Source of the DNA: an uncultured beta proteobacterium
GTDB lineage: Bacteria; Pseudomonadota; Gammaproteobacteria; Burkholderiales; Burkholderiaceae_F
Assembly: GCA_963824935.1 (NCBI GenBank)
Contig: CAWGRF010000022.1
Coordinates: 15,449 to 79,448 of the forward strand
Length of the DNA: 64,000 nt
Direction: 5' to 3'
Position numbers and translations under genes: made by a program. Shown here piece by piece: positions 1 to 9,299 of this stretch. A model generated the notes under the pieces. That model saw only the letters and a list, made by a program, of their open reading frames with translations. It ran no database searches and was not told the origin of the DNA. The stretch's first letter is position 1. Each line of letters begins with the position of its first letter.

Positions 1-92
1 AGCAGCGCGTCCCATGCGGCGTGCGTGTGATCGAACGCCGCTTGTCCGAGCGCGCCAAACGAAAACGCCACCACGCCAAACGGCAGCGCCAT
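1..92 (-). CDS. 5' end of an unidentified ORF running off the left edge (hypothetical, hydrophobic N-terminus)
   Basis: ATG at 92, 17 nt after the stop of the upstream same-strand gene, opens MALPFGVVAFSFGALGQAAFDHTHAAWDALL with no stop before position 1. Only about 30 codons are visible, so no family can be assigned. Confidence 0.25.
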   Translation of the reverse strand, partial: MALPFGVVAFSFGALGQAAFDHTHAAWDAL

Positions 93-108
93 CGCACGCA
101 GCAACAAC

Positions 109-2352
109 CTACGCCTTGGCTGCATGCATTCCTTCGTGTGCGTCATCCGAATACGCACGGCGCTTGTTGCCGTTCATTGCGATCAGCGCGTGCAGCACCG
201 CGCCCAGGCCGCCGGCCCCACGCTGCCATGCCTGAAACGCCGTGAGCACCTTCCATTGGCCCTGAGTGACGGTCGAGCGCTTCCATGCGCCTGCGGCGTA
301 CTTGTTCGCCTCGACCAGCGTTGGATAGATGTGAATCGTGCCCAGAATCTTGTTGAGTCCGAGATTCTGTTTCATGGCCAGCACATATTCCGCGATCAAA
401 TCACCCGCGTGCTCGCCAACGATCGTTACGCCGAGAATCTTGTCGCTGCCCGGTACCGTCAGTACCTTGACGAAGCCATCGGCTTCGCCGTCGGCGATCG
501 CACGGTCCAGATCATCGATGCCGTAAACCGTCACGGTGTACGCGATTTTCTTTTCCTGCGCTTCCTGCTCATTCAAGCCGACGCGAGCGACTTCGGGATC
601 GGTAAACGTTGACCATGGAATCACGCGGTAATCGGCTTTGAACTTGCGAAAGGTTCCGAACAGCGCATTGACTGCTGCGTACCACGCCTGATGCGACGCG
701 GTGTGTGTAAATTGGTACGGGCCGGCCACATCACCGCACGCGTAGATATTCGGATACAGCGTTTGCAGATAGTCGTCGGTTTCGACGGTCTTCTGCTTGG
801 TCACGTTGATGCCGAGCTCTTCGAGGCCATAGCCCGCCGTGTTTGCAATGCGCCCAACCGCGACCAGCAGCTGGTCGAACTCGATCGCGACTTGTGTGCC
901 TTCGTGTTCGGCGATCAGCTTGCGTATACCGCCGTGAACCTCAAAGCGCACCGCCTTGTGGCCGAGCCTGACATCGATGCCTTCGGCGCGAAAGCGCTCA
1001 AGCACGCGCTGCGCAACTTCCGGGTCTTCGCGCACCATCAAGCGCGGCAGCATCTCGATCTGCGTGACCTTGCTGCCGAGCCGAGCGAATGCCTGTGTCA
1101 GTTCGCAGCCGATCGGCCCGCCGCCGAGCACCACCAGCCGCTGCGGCAGCTCACGCAGACCCCACACGGTGTCCGACGTCAGATAGCCCACCTGGTCGAC
1201 ACCCGGAATCGGCGGCACAAACGGGCGCGCGCCGGCCGCAATGGCGATCGCCTTGGTCGCCAGTGTCCTCGGCCCGGCAGAGGTCTGCACTTCCACCGTC
1301 CATGGTGTCGTGATCTTCGCTGCGCCCGTGATGCATTCGACACCGAGAGCGCTATAGCGCTCGACCGAATCGTGCGGCTCCACCTGTTTGATAACGCGCG
1401 ACACGCGCTCCATGACGTCCGCAAAGCTGAACTTCGCGCTTGCTTGATCGATGCCGAATTCGCGCGAGCGCGCGATATGCGACAGCAACTTCGCCGAGCG
1501 AATCAGCGCCTTCGATGGAACGCACCCGGTGTTCAGACAGTCGCCGCCCATCTTGTGCTTTTCGATCAGCGCGACCTTGGCCTTGGTCGCGGCGGCGATA
1601 TATGCAGAGACCAGCCCGGCCGAGCCGGCGCCGATCACGACCAGGTTGTAGTCGTACGAACGCGGCCGTCGATCGTTCCACTTCGCATAGACCTTGCGCG
1701 CCTTGATGGCGTCGAGCACCTTCTTTGCTATCAGCGGGAATATGCCAAGCAGCGCGAATGCAATAAGCAAACCCGCAGAGATGCGGAACTCACCGAGCTT
1801 GGTGCCCGCGTAGACGTAGACGATCGTGCCCGCCAGCATGCCGACCTGACTTACCCAGTAGAACGTCCAGGTGCGAATCTTCGTCAGGCCCATTACGAGA
1901 TTGACGACGAAGAATGGGAACAGCGGAACGAGCCGCAGCGCAAAGAGGTAAAACGCGCCTTCTTTTTCGACGCCGGCATTGACCGGCGCGAGGCGATCGC
2001 CGAATTTCATCTGCACCCAGTCGCGCAGCAGCAAGCGCGACGCCAGGAAGGCGAGCGTGGCGCCGATCGCGGATGCAAACGAAACGAGAACGGTGCCGAC
2101 AACGAGGCCGAAGATGGCGCCGCCGACCAATGTCATGATCGCCGCGCCCGGCAGCGACAGCGCAGCCATTGCGATGTACGCAAGCAGGTAGATCGCGGCG
2201 GTCTGCCAGGGGTGCTCGGCGTTGTACGCGTCGATCTTCGCGCGCTGCTGCTGGAAGAATTCGAGCGATAGGTACTGCTTGAGGTCGAAGACAAAAAATG
2301 CAGCAATGGCTGCGACCAATACAAGCACGATTAACAGGCGTTTCTTGTCCAC
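109..2352 (-). CDS. TVP38/TMEM64 (DedA-like) membrane domain fused to FAD-dependent pyridine nucleotide-disulfide oxidoreductase (mercuric reductase / dihydrolipoamide dehydrogenase-like)
   Basis: The ORF spans 109..2448; the most plausible start is GTG 2352 (GGGGAA 6 nt upstream), giving MDKKRLLIVLVLVAAIAAFF. Residues ~1-230 are a multi-TM SNARE-associated region (LRLVPLFPFFVVNLVMGLTKI). Residues ~250-747 are a flavoprotein disulfide reductase: VVIGAGSAGL FAD fold, redox-active GGDCLNTGCVPSK, second fold VVLGGGPIGCE, and C-terminal HIYPTLVEANK dimerisation region. Confidence 0.85.
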   Translation of the reverse strand: MDKKRLLIVLVLVAAIAAFFVFDLKQYLSLEFFQQQRAKIDAYNAEHPWQTAAIYLLAYIAMAALSLPGAAIMTLVGGAIFGLVVGTVLVSFASAIGATLAFLASRLLLRDWVQMKFGDRLAPVNAGVEKEGAFYLFALRLVPLFPFFVVNLVMGLTKIRTWTFYWVSQVGMLAGTIVYVYAGTKLGEFRISAGLLIAFALLGIFPLIAKKVLDAIKARKVYAKWNDRRPRSYDYNLVVIGAGSAGLVSAYIAAATKAKVALIEKHKMGGDCLNTGCVPSKALIRSAKLLSHIARSREFGIDQASAKFSFADVMERVSRVIKQVEPHDSVERYSALGVECITGAAKITTPWTVEVQTSAGPRTLATKAIAIAAGARPFVPPIPGVDQVGYLTSDTVWGLRELPQRLVVLGGGPIGCELTQAFARLGSKVTQIEMLPRLMVREDPEVAQRVLERFRAEGIDVRLGHKAVRFEVHGGIRKLIAEHEGTQVAIEFDQLLVAVGRIANTAGYGLEELGINVTKQKTVETDDYLQTLYPNIYACGDVAGPYQFTHTASHQAWYAAVNALFGTFRKFKADYRVIPWSTFTDPEVARVGLNEQEAQEKKIAYTVTVYGIDDLDRAIADGEADGFVKVLTVPGSDKILGVTIVGEHAGDLIAEYVLAMKQNLGLNKILGTIHIYPTLVEANKYAAGAWKRSTVTQGQWKVLTAFQAWQRGAGGLGAVLHALIAMNGNKRRAYSDDAHEGMHAAKA

Positions 2353-2426
2353 GATCGTTCCCCGGAATTGACAGATTCCTGCGCGCCTCGCGCAAGCCGC
2401 GTTAAGTCGCCGGGCCGATCGGTTTC

Positions 2427-3444
2427 TTACGCCGACGCGGCGACACACGCGCGCAACGGCGCGCGGCCCAGCGCATCGTCGATCGAAAAACTCGGGCCGT
2501 CAACGATGCGCCTGCGATACGACAGATGCGCCGGAGAGCCCGCCGGCCAGAGCCGCTCGAACTCTTGATCCCACGCCGCTGCGTCGAACCGCACAGCCAA
2601 CGCATCGACATAGACACCCGCCGCATCGGCGCCGTAAAGCCGCGTTGCAATCAACGCACGCGGCACCGGTGTAGTCGCCAGGCGCGTAATCAATCCGTAG
2701 CGGGTGTGTTCGAAATTCGGCATCCCGGCGGCGCCGTTGTTGACTACAAATCGCTCCCCGAGCGCAGTGTCGAAAACCCTCAGCGCAGGAAGGCACGTAT
2801 GCGTGGACGCGAAGCCATCCAGCGCTGCCTGCTCAAACACCGCTGACAGCTGCTCTGCGCGCTGTGCATCGTGCAGCGAATCATGCGCAAAGCGCCAGCC
2901 CGCCAACGCCCATGCATCGCCATGCACGATACCTACACGAGTGTCGCCGACCTGCGCAACGAGATGCATCGGCAAGTCGGCCAGCCGCGCCCGCGTGCCG
3001 GGTTTGATCGGCATCGACGCGACGCGCTGCGGCGCGCAGTTGATCAAGAATCGCGTTCGAACGTTCGACGTCATCATCGGGTACGGACTCGGGATACGCG
3101 CACCCACAGCCATTCGCGTCATCATCTCCCGCAAGCTCGGTTTCGACATTGCCGCGCAGGGCCGTGTGCCGCGCGACAGCGTCATCGATACGCCGAAACG
3201 ATTCCGGCTCGGCGTCGAACCAGTGAAAGTCGCCGTTGAACACAAGCTGCGCGCGCTCTTCTTCGCATTTGGCCATGCGTTCGATCTCGGCCAACGCGAA
3301 GCGATTGCCGTACAGCCCGCCGATGACGTACAACACATCGGCCTGTACCTCGGGCGGCCGCGCAAACGATGACGGTGAGTAGCTGTAGGACGCCGGGCAG
3401 ACGCGACCTGCAACAACTTCGCGCACGCCGTCCGCGACGTTCAT
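2427..3444 (-). pseudogene. calcineurin-like metallophosphoesterase (partner type of ArsS-like radical SAM proteins), frameshifted
   Basis: The N-terminal half (MNVADGV..VLYVIGGLYGN..LVFNGDFHWFD..RGNVE) is in the frame of ORF 2881..3498. The C-terminal half (RLADLPMHLVAQVGDTRVGIVHGDAW..NNGAAGMPNF) is in the frame of ORF 2427..3416. The frames meet near 2985-3045. ATG 3444 overlaps the upstream stop (ATGA). Total length is 3n+1. Confidence 0.6.
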
Positions 3445-4334
3445 CCGTCGAGCGCTCCGCCGCACGACGAGCCTTGGCCCGCGGTGCACGCATAGCAATG
3501 ATCAGCGATCGCTATCGGGTTATCGGCAAGATCGGTCACCAGCAGATCAGCCAGATGCACGCGGCTCGCGCGGCGGCCTTTTTCGCGCAACGGGATTGCA
3601 AGCATCTGATTGAAGTCACAGTCGTACAAGTAACCTCGCCAATCGACGGACACCAAGTTGCGGCACATCACGCCATCCAGATTCGCGTCGCGATGCGCGC
3701 TGCGCAGCAGCGCCATGTAGTCGCGAAACTGACCCTTGCTGATCAGGGTGCTGCCGAAGCGCGAGATCGGTTGGTTGGTAATCGTCAACAGCCGGTTGAA
3801 GCGAATGCCGAAGTTTTCGCCGAGCAACCGCTTGTAATCGGCTTCGAGCTTGGCTTGCGGCGGCGGAAGCGTCGGCCCTTGCGGGTTGTAGACAAGATCG
3901 AGCGTCAGCGAATCGGAACCGCCATAGCCAAGCGCATTCAACTTCTGCAATCCGCGAATGCTCTTGTCGAATACGCCGGCGCCGCGCTGTTTATCGACGT
4001 TGTCCTGCGAATAGCACGGCAGCGACGCCACCACGTGCACGCCTTCGTCCGCCAAAAACTCGGCCAGCGTTTCCTGCTGCGGCTCTTCGAGAATCGTCAG
4101 ATTGCAGCGGTCGATGACCTCTGCGTCCATCGCACGCGCAGCGCTGACCAGCGATCTGAAGTGAACGTTGAGCTCCGGAGCCCCGCCGGTCAGATCGAGG
4201 CTGCGGATCGAACGCGCGCGCATCACTTCGAGCACCAGATCGACGGTCGAGCGATCCATCTGCTCGGTGCGATTCGGACCTGCGTTCACGTGACAGTGCA
4301 CGCACGTCTGATTGCATGTATAGCCGAGGTTCAC
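3441..4334 (-). CDS. radical SAM / Cys-rich protein, ArsS (TIGR04167)-like; native 5' end displaced by a frameshift
   Basis: 297-aa ORF with CNQTCVHC (Cx3Cx2C) 6 aa after the GTG and a C-terminal Cys-rich tail HCYACTAGQGSSCGG. The family-typical N-terminus VTDFPPIHRRAIDSLQ is in frame upstream but blocked by a TGA. ATG 4410 (MRATLPLLQ) lies in another frame and joins at ctgcagAgtcacc (~4384). The full gene 3441..4410 has length 3n+1. Confidence 0.8.
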   Translation of the reverse strand: MNLGYTCNQTCVHCHVNAGPNRTEQMDRSTVDLVLEVMRARSIRSLDLTGGAPELNVHFRSLVSAARAMDAEVIDRCNLTILEEPQQETLAEFLADEGVHVVASLPCYSQDNVDKQRGAGVFDKSIRGLQKLNALGYGGSDSLTLDLVYNPQGPTLPPPQAKLEADYKRLLGENFGIRFNRLLTITNQPISRFGSTLISKGQFRDYMALLRSAHRDANLDGVMCRNLVSVDWRGYLYDCDFNQMLAIPLREKGRRASRVHLADLLVTDLADNPIAIADHCYACTAGQGSSCGGALDG

Positions 4335-4419
4335 CTGCAGCGAGTCGATCGCGCGCCGGTGGATCGGCGGAAAGTCGGTGACTCTGCAGCAGCGGCAGGG
4401 TGGCGCGCATCAGTAGCGG

Positions 4420-4629
4420 CTAGCTTCCCATGCGGCGCACAGCCGCGCGCATCAATTCGATTTGGCGTTCAAAACGCGAGCACGCATCGCAGATGCGCAA
4501 ATGCAGCCACAGACGCCACCGCTGGCCGGGCTCTATCGGGCGCTCCATGCGTTCCGATAGCAATCGGTGCGCGTGGCTGCACGGAATCCGAATCCAGCTC
4601 AGCCTCACGATCGGACGCCCCCAAACCAT
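4420..4629 (-). CDS. small soluble zinc-binding (ZAS, zf-HC2) anti-sigma factor
   Basis: Short ORF overlapping the sigma-gene stop. ATG 4629 has GGAG 5 nt upstream; the alternative GTG 4608 gives a GTGA overlap. Ligand pattern is IPCSHAH ... HLRICDAC (H-x3-C-x2-C). There is no hydrophobic segment. Confidence 0.65.
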   Translation of the reverse strand: MVWGRPIVRLSWIRIPCSHAHRLLSERMERPIEPGQRWRLWLHLRICDACSRFERQIELMRAAVRRMGS

Positions 4630-5174
4630 TCCATCTCCAAACACTCGCGCAGGCGCATGCGCGCCCTGAACAACATAACGAAACAATTGGTCGACGTGAT
4701 GCTCAATTCCTTACAGATAGCGTCGGTCTCGTACTCCAGCCATTCTCGCATCATGAAAACGCGCGCAAGCGCCGCCGGGAGCTTGTCGATGCACATCTGC
4801 ATTACGTCGAAAAACTGCGTGCGCGACAGGCTTTCCTCGGGGTCGCCCCAGTCGAGCGGCGGTGTGATCCGATGGCCGTCAGCGCCGAACAGTTCGTCGA
4901 AGGTTTCGACCTGCGCCGCTTCCAATTGTGCGTCAGTTGAAACTTCGCGCCTGGTACGGCGAAACTGATCGATGATCTTGTGCTTCAGAATGCCGACGAC
5001 CCAGGTCTTCAGCTGCGACTGTCCGGCAAACGTGCGCGAACCCTCCAGCGCGGCGATGATGGTTTCCGAGACGACGTCCTCCGCCCACGTTTCGTTGCGC
5101 AGCTGCATGCGCGCGATCGCCAGCAAGGTGGGCCTGAGGGCGGCGAGTGAATCCTCGAACGTCGCCGCGCCCAA
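4605..5174 (-). CDS. ECF (group 4) sigma-70 family RNA polymerase sigma factor
   Basis: 189 aa. Region 2 (DVVSETIIAALEG, LKTWVVGILKHKIIDQFRR) and region 4 (LPAALARVFMMREWLEYETDAICKELSITSTNCFVMLFRARMRLRECL) are recognisable. TTG start with AGGAAA 6 nt upstream. Confidence 0.9.
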   Translation of the reverse strand: MGAATFEDSLAALRPTLLAIARMQLRNETWAEDVVSETIIAALEGSRTFAGQSQLKTWVVGILKHKIIDQFRRTRREVSTDAQLEAAQVETFDELFGADGHRITPPLDWGDPEESLSRTQFFDVMQMCIDKLPAALARVFMMREWLEYETDAICKELSITSTNCFVMLFRARMRLRECLEMEWFGGVRS

Positions 5175-5177
5175 GGA

Positions 5178-6081
5178 CTATTTCCTGTTCGTCAGCCGTC
5201 GAATCAGCGACGATGTGTCCCAGCGCCCACCACCCATCGCCTGCACCTCCGCATAGAACTGATCGACCAATGCCGCCACCGGCAGCGGCGCACGGTTATT
5301 GCGCGCTTCGTCGATGCACAACCCGAGATCCTTGCGCATCCAGTCCACGGCGAAGCCGAAATCAAACTTGCCATCGATCATCGTGGCGCCGCGATTTTCC
5401 ATCTGCCAGCTTTGCGCGGCGCCCTTGCTGATGACCTGCAGTACGAGCTTCATATCCAGCCCGGCCGCCTGGCCGAACGAGATGCCTTCAGATAATCCCT
5501 GCACCAGGCCGGCGATACAGAGTTGATTGACCATCTTTGCGAGCTGGCCCGCGCCTGAATCGCCGATCAGCGTGACGGCTTTCGCAAACGCCATCGCCAC
5601 CGGCTGCGCTCGATCGAATGCCGCCTTATCGCCGCCGCACATCACGGTTAACTGGCCGTTGACGGCGCCGGCCTGGCCACCGGATACCGGCGCATCGATA
5701 AAGTGCAGGCCGCGCTTGCGCGCCTCGCGCGTGCAGCTCGCGCGCGATCTTCGCCGACGCGGTGGTGTTGTCGAACGCGATCGCGTCCTTGGCCATGCCG
5801 GCGAGAGCGCCGGCGTCGCCCAGCATCACGCTCGCCAAGTCGTCGTCATTGCCGACACACGAAAAAACGATCTGCGCGCCGGCTGCTGCCTCGCGCGGGG
5901 TCTGCGCCATCTTGCCGCCGTACTCTTGTGTCCACTGTTGAGCCTTGGCTGCAGTACGGTTGTAGACGGTAACTCGATGTCCGGCGCGCGCCAGATGGCC
6001 CGCCATTGGATAGCCCATTACGCCCAGGCCGAGAAAGGCAACGGCGTGCGGTGCGACTGGTTCGTAGGTCTTGGTCGTCAT
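5178..6081 (-). pseudogene. NAD(P)-dependent beta-hydroxyacid (3-hydroxyisobutyrate-type) dehydrogenase, frameshifted
   Basis: N-terminal piece is ORF 5626..6081 (AFLGLGVMGYPMAGHLARAGH Rossmann motif). C-terminal piece is ORF 5178..5645 (GAGQLAKMVNQLCIAG, DWMRKDLGL). The connecting KRGLHFIDAPVSGGQAGAVNGQLTVM is readable in the second frame. The shift is near 5735-5745. Length is 3n+1. Confidence 0.8.
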
Positions 6082-6120
6082 CGTTCGATTCTAAGTGTGT
6101 GTGTGAGTGTGTGAGTGGCC

Positions 6121-7749
6121 CTAAAAACCCGCGGCCAAGCCATCGCGCCGCGAATCGCTGGCAGCGACGTAGCCCTCGACAGCGGGATCACCGAGCCGCC
6201 AGACAAATTGACCCGAGCCAAAGTCCATGTATGAATCCTCGCCACGCTTGATGTGATGGCCGCGTGCGATCAATTCGTCGGAGACGCTCCTCGGCATCGC
6301 GCCTTCGATTTCAAGATCAAGCCCGTTCATTGCTTTCCAGCGCGGCGCATCGCACGCCGCCTGCGGTTGCTGGTCGGCGATCAACATGCGCGCCAAAGTC
6401 TGCACATGGGCCTGCGGCTGTATGTTGCCGCCCATCACGCCAAAACTCATCTGCGGCGCACCGTCCTTGATCAGGAACGCCGGAATGATCGTATGAAACG
6501 GGCGTTTGCCCGGTGCGACGCAATTCGGGCTGGCCCGATCGAGCGAGAAACCGGCGCCCCGGTTCTGCAGCGAGATGCCATAACCCGGCACGACGACCCC
6601 CGAGCCGAACCCCATGTAGTTCGATTGAATGAACGACACCATCATGCCACTCGCATCCACCGCGCTCAGATAGATGGTTCCGCCGAGCGGCGGTTTGCCG
6701 GCCAGGGGGCTTGCCGCGCGCCGCATGTCGATCAGCCGCGCGCGACGCGCCAGATACCCATCATCCAGCATGTCGGCGGGCGCAACGGTCATGCTGCGCG
6801 GGTCTGCCACATAGGCATAGGTGTCGGCAAACGCGAGCTTCATCGCTTCGATCTGCACATGGTGCCAGTCGGCTGAATCGACCGCGTAGTCGGTCAACGC
6901 GGTATGGCGCAGGATGCCGAGGCAGCTCAGCGCTGCAATGCCCTGACCATTCGGTGGAATCTCGTGCACCTCGTAACCGTGAAACGGCGTGCTGATCGTG
7001 CCGACCCAGCCGTGTGCACGCACGAAATCCCAGTAACCGGCAAGATCGGCTGCGGTTATCGCGCCGCCGCCGCTTTGTGCAAACCGTGCAATCGCATCAG
7101 CGATCTCACCCCGATAAAACGCTTCACCCCGTGTGTCGGCAACCAGTTTCAAGGTGCGCGCCGCGCCGGACAGCACAAAGTGTTCGCCGACCTCGGGTGT
7201 GCGCCCTTTCGGCAAGAAATGCTCGGCAAAGCCGGGCAGATTGCGCAGCAGTGGCGTGGCTCTGACCCACTTGTCTTGCACTGTCGGACTCACTGCAAAG
7301 CCGCGCTCGGCGTAGTCGATCGCCGGCGCCAGCACATCGGCAAACCTACGCTTGCCGAATCTGCCGTGCAGCATCGACCATCCAGCCACCGTGCCGGGGA
7401 CCGTTACCGTATCCCATCCACGCAGCGGAACGCCGGACTGTCCGTACTTACGCTCAAAGTACTCTGGCGTCCATGCGGCCGGCGCGGTGCCGCTCGAGTT
7501 CAGTCCGTGCAGTACGCGGCTCTCCGGGTCCCACACGATCGCGAAGTTGTCCGAACCGAGGCCGTTACTGCACGGCTCCGTCATCGTGATGACCGCAGCC
7601 GCAGCGATGGCGGCGTCGACCGCGTTGCCGCCGTCCCGCAGAATGCTCAGTCCGGCCTGTGCTGCGAGCGGCTGCGACGTGGCGACGATATTGCGCGCGA
7701 AAACCGGCGTGCGAATGGTCGGATACGGGTTCGCCCAATCGAAGTTCAT
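6121..7749 (-). CDS. gamma-glutamyltransferase family protein
   Basis: 542 aa, uninterrupted. It has N-terminal ATSQPLAAQAGLSILRDGGNAVDAAIAAAAV, an internal PLGGTIYLSAVD region (autoprocessing Thr area) and C-terminal FGVMGGNIQPQ, typical of the GGT / cephalosporin-acylase family. Confidence 0.85.
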   Translation of the reverse strand: MNFDWANPYPTIRTPVFARNIVATSQPLAAQAGLSILRDGGNAVDAAIAAAAVITMTEPCSNGLGSDNFAIVWDPESRVLHGLNSSGTAPAAWTPEYFERKYGQSGVPLRGWDTVTVPGTVAGWSMLHGRFGKRRFADVLAPAIDYAERGFAVSPTVQDKWVRATPLLRNLPGFAEHFLPKGRTPEVGEHFVLSGAARTLKLVADTRGEAFYRGEIADAIARFAQSGGGAITAADLAGYWDFVRAHGWVGTISTPFHGYEVHEIPPNGQGIAALSCLGILRHTALTDYAVDSADWHHVQIEAMKLAFADTYAYVADPRSMTVAPADMLDDGYLARRARLIDMRRAASPLAGKPPLGGTIYLSAVDASGMMVSFIQSNYMGFGSGVVVPGYGISLQNRGAGFSLDRASPNCVAPGKRPFHTIIPAFLIKDGAPQMSFGVMGGNIQPQAHVQTLARMLIADQQPQAACDAPRWKAMNGLDLEIEGAMPRSVSDELIARGHHIKRGEDSYMDFGSGQFVWRLGDPAVEGYVAASDSRRDGLAAGF

Positions 7750-7781
7750 CGCTCAGTCCGCAGCCATGTGAGCCGCATGCT

Positions 7782-8743
7782 CTACTCCGCAGTGATCTGG
7801 CGGTCCTTGATCAGCTTCGCCCACTTGGCGGTGTCGGCGGCGACGACTTTCGCGAAGTCGGCCGGCGTTCCGCCGGCAGCGTCGTAACCCAGCGCGCGCA
7901 GCCGCTCCAGGAACTCGGGTGACTTTCAAAACAGCATTGATCTCCGCGTTGAGCCTTTGCGTGGCTTCGGCCGGCATCCCGCGCGGCCCGAACACGCCGA
8001 ACCAGACAATCGATTCGAAGCCCGGCACCGTGTCGGCTACCGGCGGCAACGTGGGCAACAGCGGCGAGCGCTTGAGCGAAGTCACGGCGATCGCGCGCAG
8101 CTTGCCGTCCTTGATGTGCGGCATCGCCGATGCGATGTTGTCGAACAGCAGATGAATCTGTCCGCTCACCATGTCGGGGATCACCAGTGCGGTGCCGCGA
8201 TAGGGAATGTGCACGGCGTAGGTTCCGGTCATCGACTTGAACAACTCGCCGGTCAGATGAACGATCGTGCCGTTGCCGCTCGAACCGAAGTTGAATTGCG
8301 CCGGCTGCGACTTCAACAGCGAGATCAATTCGCCAACGTTGCTGGCCTTGACGTTCGGCGCAATCAGCAGCACGTTGACCGAGTCGGCCACGTGCGCAAC
8401 CGGCGTGAAATCCGCCTGCGCGTTGTACGGAATCTTCGGATTCAGACTGGGACCGATCGAATGCGTCGAGCTGGTCGCCATCTGTATCGTGTACCCATCG
8501 GGCGCGCTCTTCGCGACGATGTCGCTACCCAGGGTGCCGCCGGCGCCCGGGACGATTGTCGACGATGACCTGCTGCTTCAGCCGCTCTGACAACTGCCGC
8601 GCCAGTTCGCGCGACAGAATATCGGTCGCTCCCGCGGGTGGGAACGGCACCACGAGCCGAATGGGTTTCGCTGGATACATCTGCGCCGATGCGGAAAGCG
8701 GCAGAACCAAAGCCCAGGCGGCAACAAGACGACCTAAGTTCAT
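7782..8743 (-). pseudogene. tctC: Bug/TctC-family periplasmic tricarboxylate-binding protein, two frameshifts
   Basis: Three reading pieces on the minus strand. First, signal peptide plus [28 protein letters not shown] (ORF 8525..8743). Second, [47 protein letters not shown] (frame of ORF 7753..8481). Third, SPEFLERLRALGYDAAGGTPADFAKVVAADTAKWAKLIKDRQITAE followed by a stop at 7782-7784. The shifts are at ccGGGcg (8546-8551) and ttGAAAgtc (~7920). Length is 3n+2. Confidence 0.8.
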
Positions 8744-8890
8744 TTCGGAACCCTTGGGTGATTTATCGAAGACGCCTCTGACGTGCGCCGCGGCCTAATC
8801 GTACTAGGCGATCGCACACCCTTTGCCGGCGCGTTGACTTACGTGGCGAGCGCTCCTAGGCTCGGCACGGACCAAATGTAGTTGCCACCT

Positions 8891-9232
8891 GTGAAGCACG
8901 TACTGTTTGTCTGCAGCCAGAATCGCCTTCGTAGCCCGACGGCCGAGCAAGTCTTCGCCAGCCATCCTGGTATCGAGTGTGCGTCCGCCGGTACGAACCA
9001 CGACGCCTGCAACCCGCTGACGCCAGAGCTGATCGAGTGGGCTGACATCATCTTCGTGATGGAGCAAAGCCACCGCAGCAAGCTCACTTCCAGATTCAGT
9101 CAGTACTTGGCAAACAAGCGCATCGTGTGCCTCGAGATTCCGGACGTATACGAATACATGGATCCGGAACTCGTCAGATTGCTCAAGGATAAGGTTCCGC
9201 GCTTTCTTCCGGGCGGGCATGAACAATGCTAG
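8891..9232 (+). CDS. low-molecular-weight phosphotyrosine phosphatase-like protein (COG4551-type)
   Basis: GTG 8891 gives MKHVLFVCSQNRLRSPTAEQVF, which carries the C-x5-R-S P-loop of the LMW-PTP/ArsC fold; about 113 aa. It is on the opposite strand to all neighbours and has more A/T-ending codons. TTG 8882 is an alternative start. Confidence 0.7.
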   Translation: MKHVLFVCSQNRLRSPTAEQVFASHPGIECASAGTNHDACNPLTPELIEWADIIFVMEQSHRSKLTSRFSQYLANKRIVCLEIPDVYEYMDPELVRLLKDKVPRFLPGGHEQC

Positions 9233-9299
9233 CCGTTCCGTCGGCGGTTAACGGCAACACTGCGATCGCCACTTTGCACGACGCGCGGGAGACTTGAGC

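Noticed and set aside
691-2271. 526-aa + strand ORF
   Set aside because: It is the antisense shadow of the TVP38-disulfide reductase gene. The translation is Arg/Asp/His-rich and low-complexity with no family features, which is typical of high-GC mirror ORFs.
3369-4940. 523-aa + strand ORF
   Set aside because: It is antisense to the radical SAM, anti-sigma and sigma genes, whose minus-strand translations carry clear family motifs. It has no motifs of its own.
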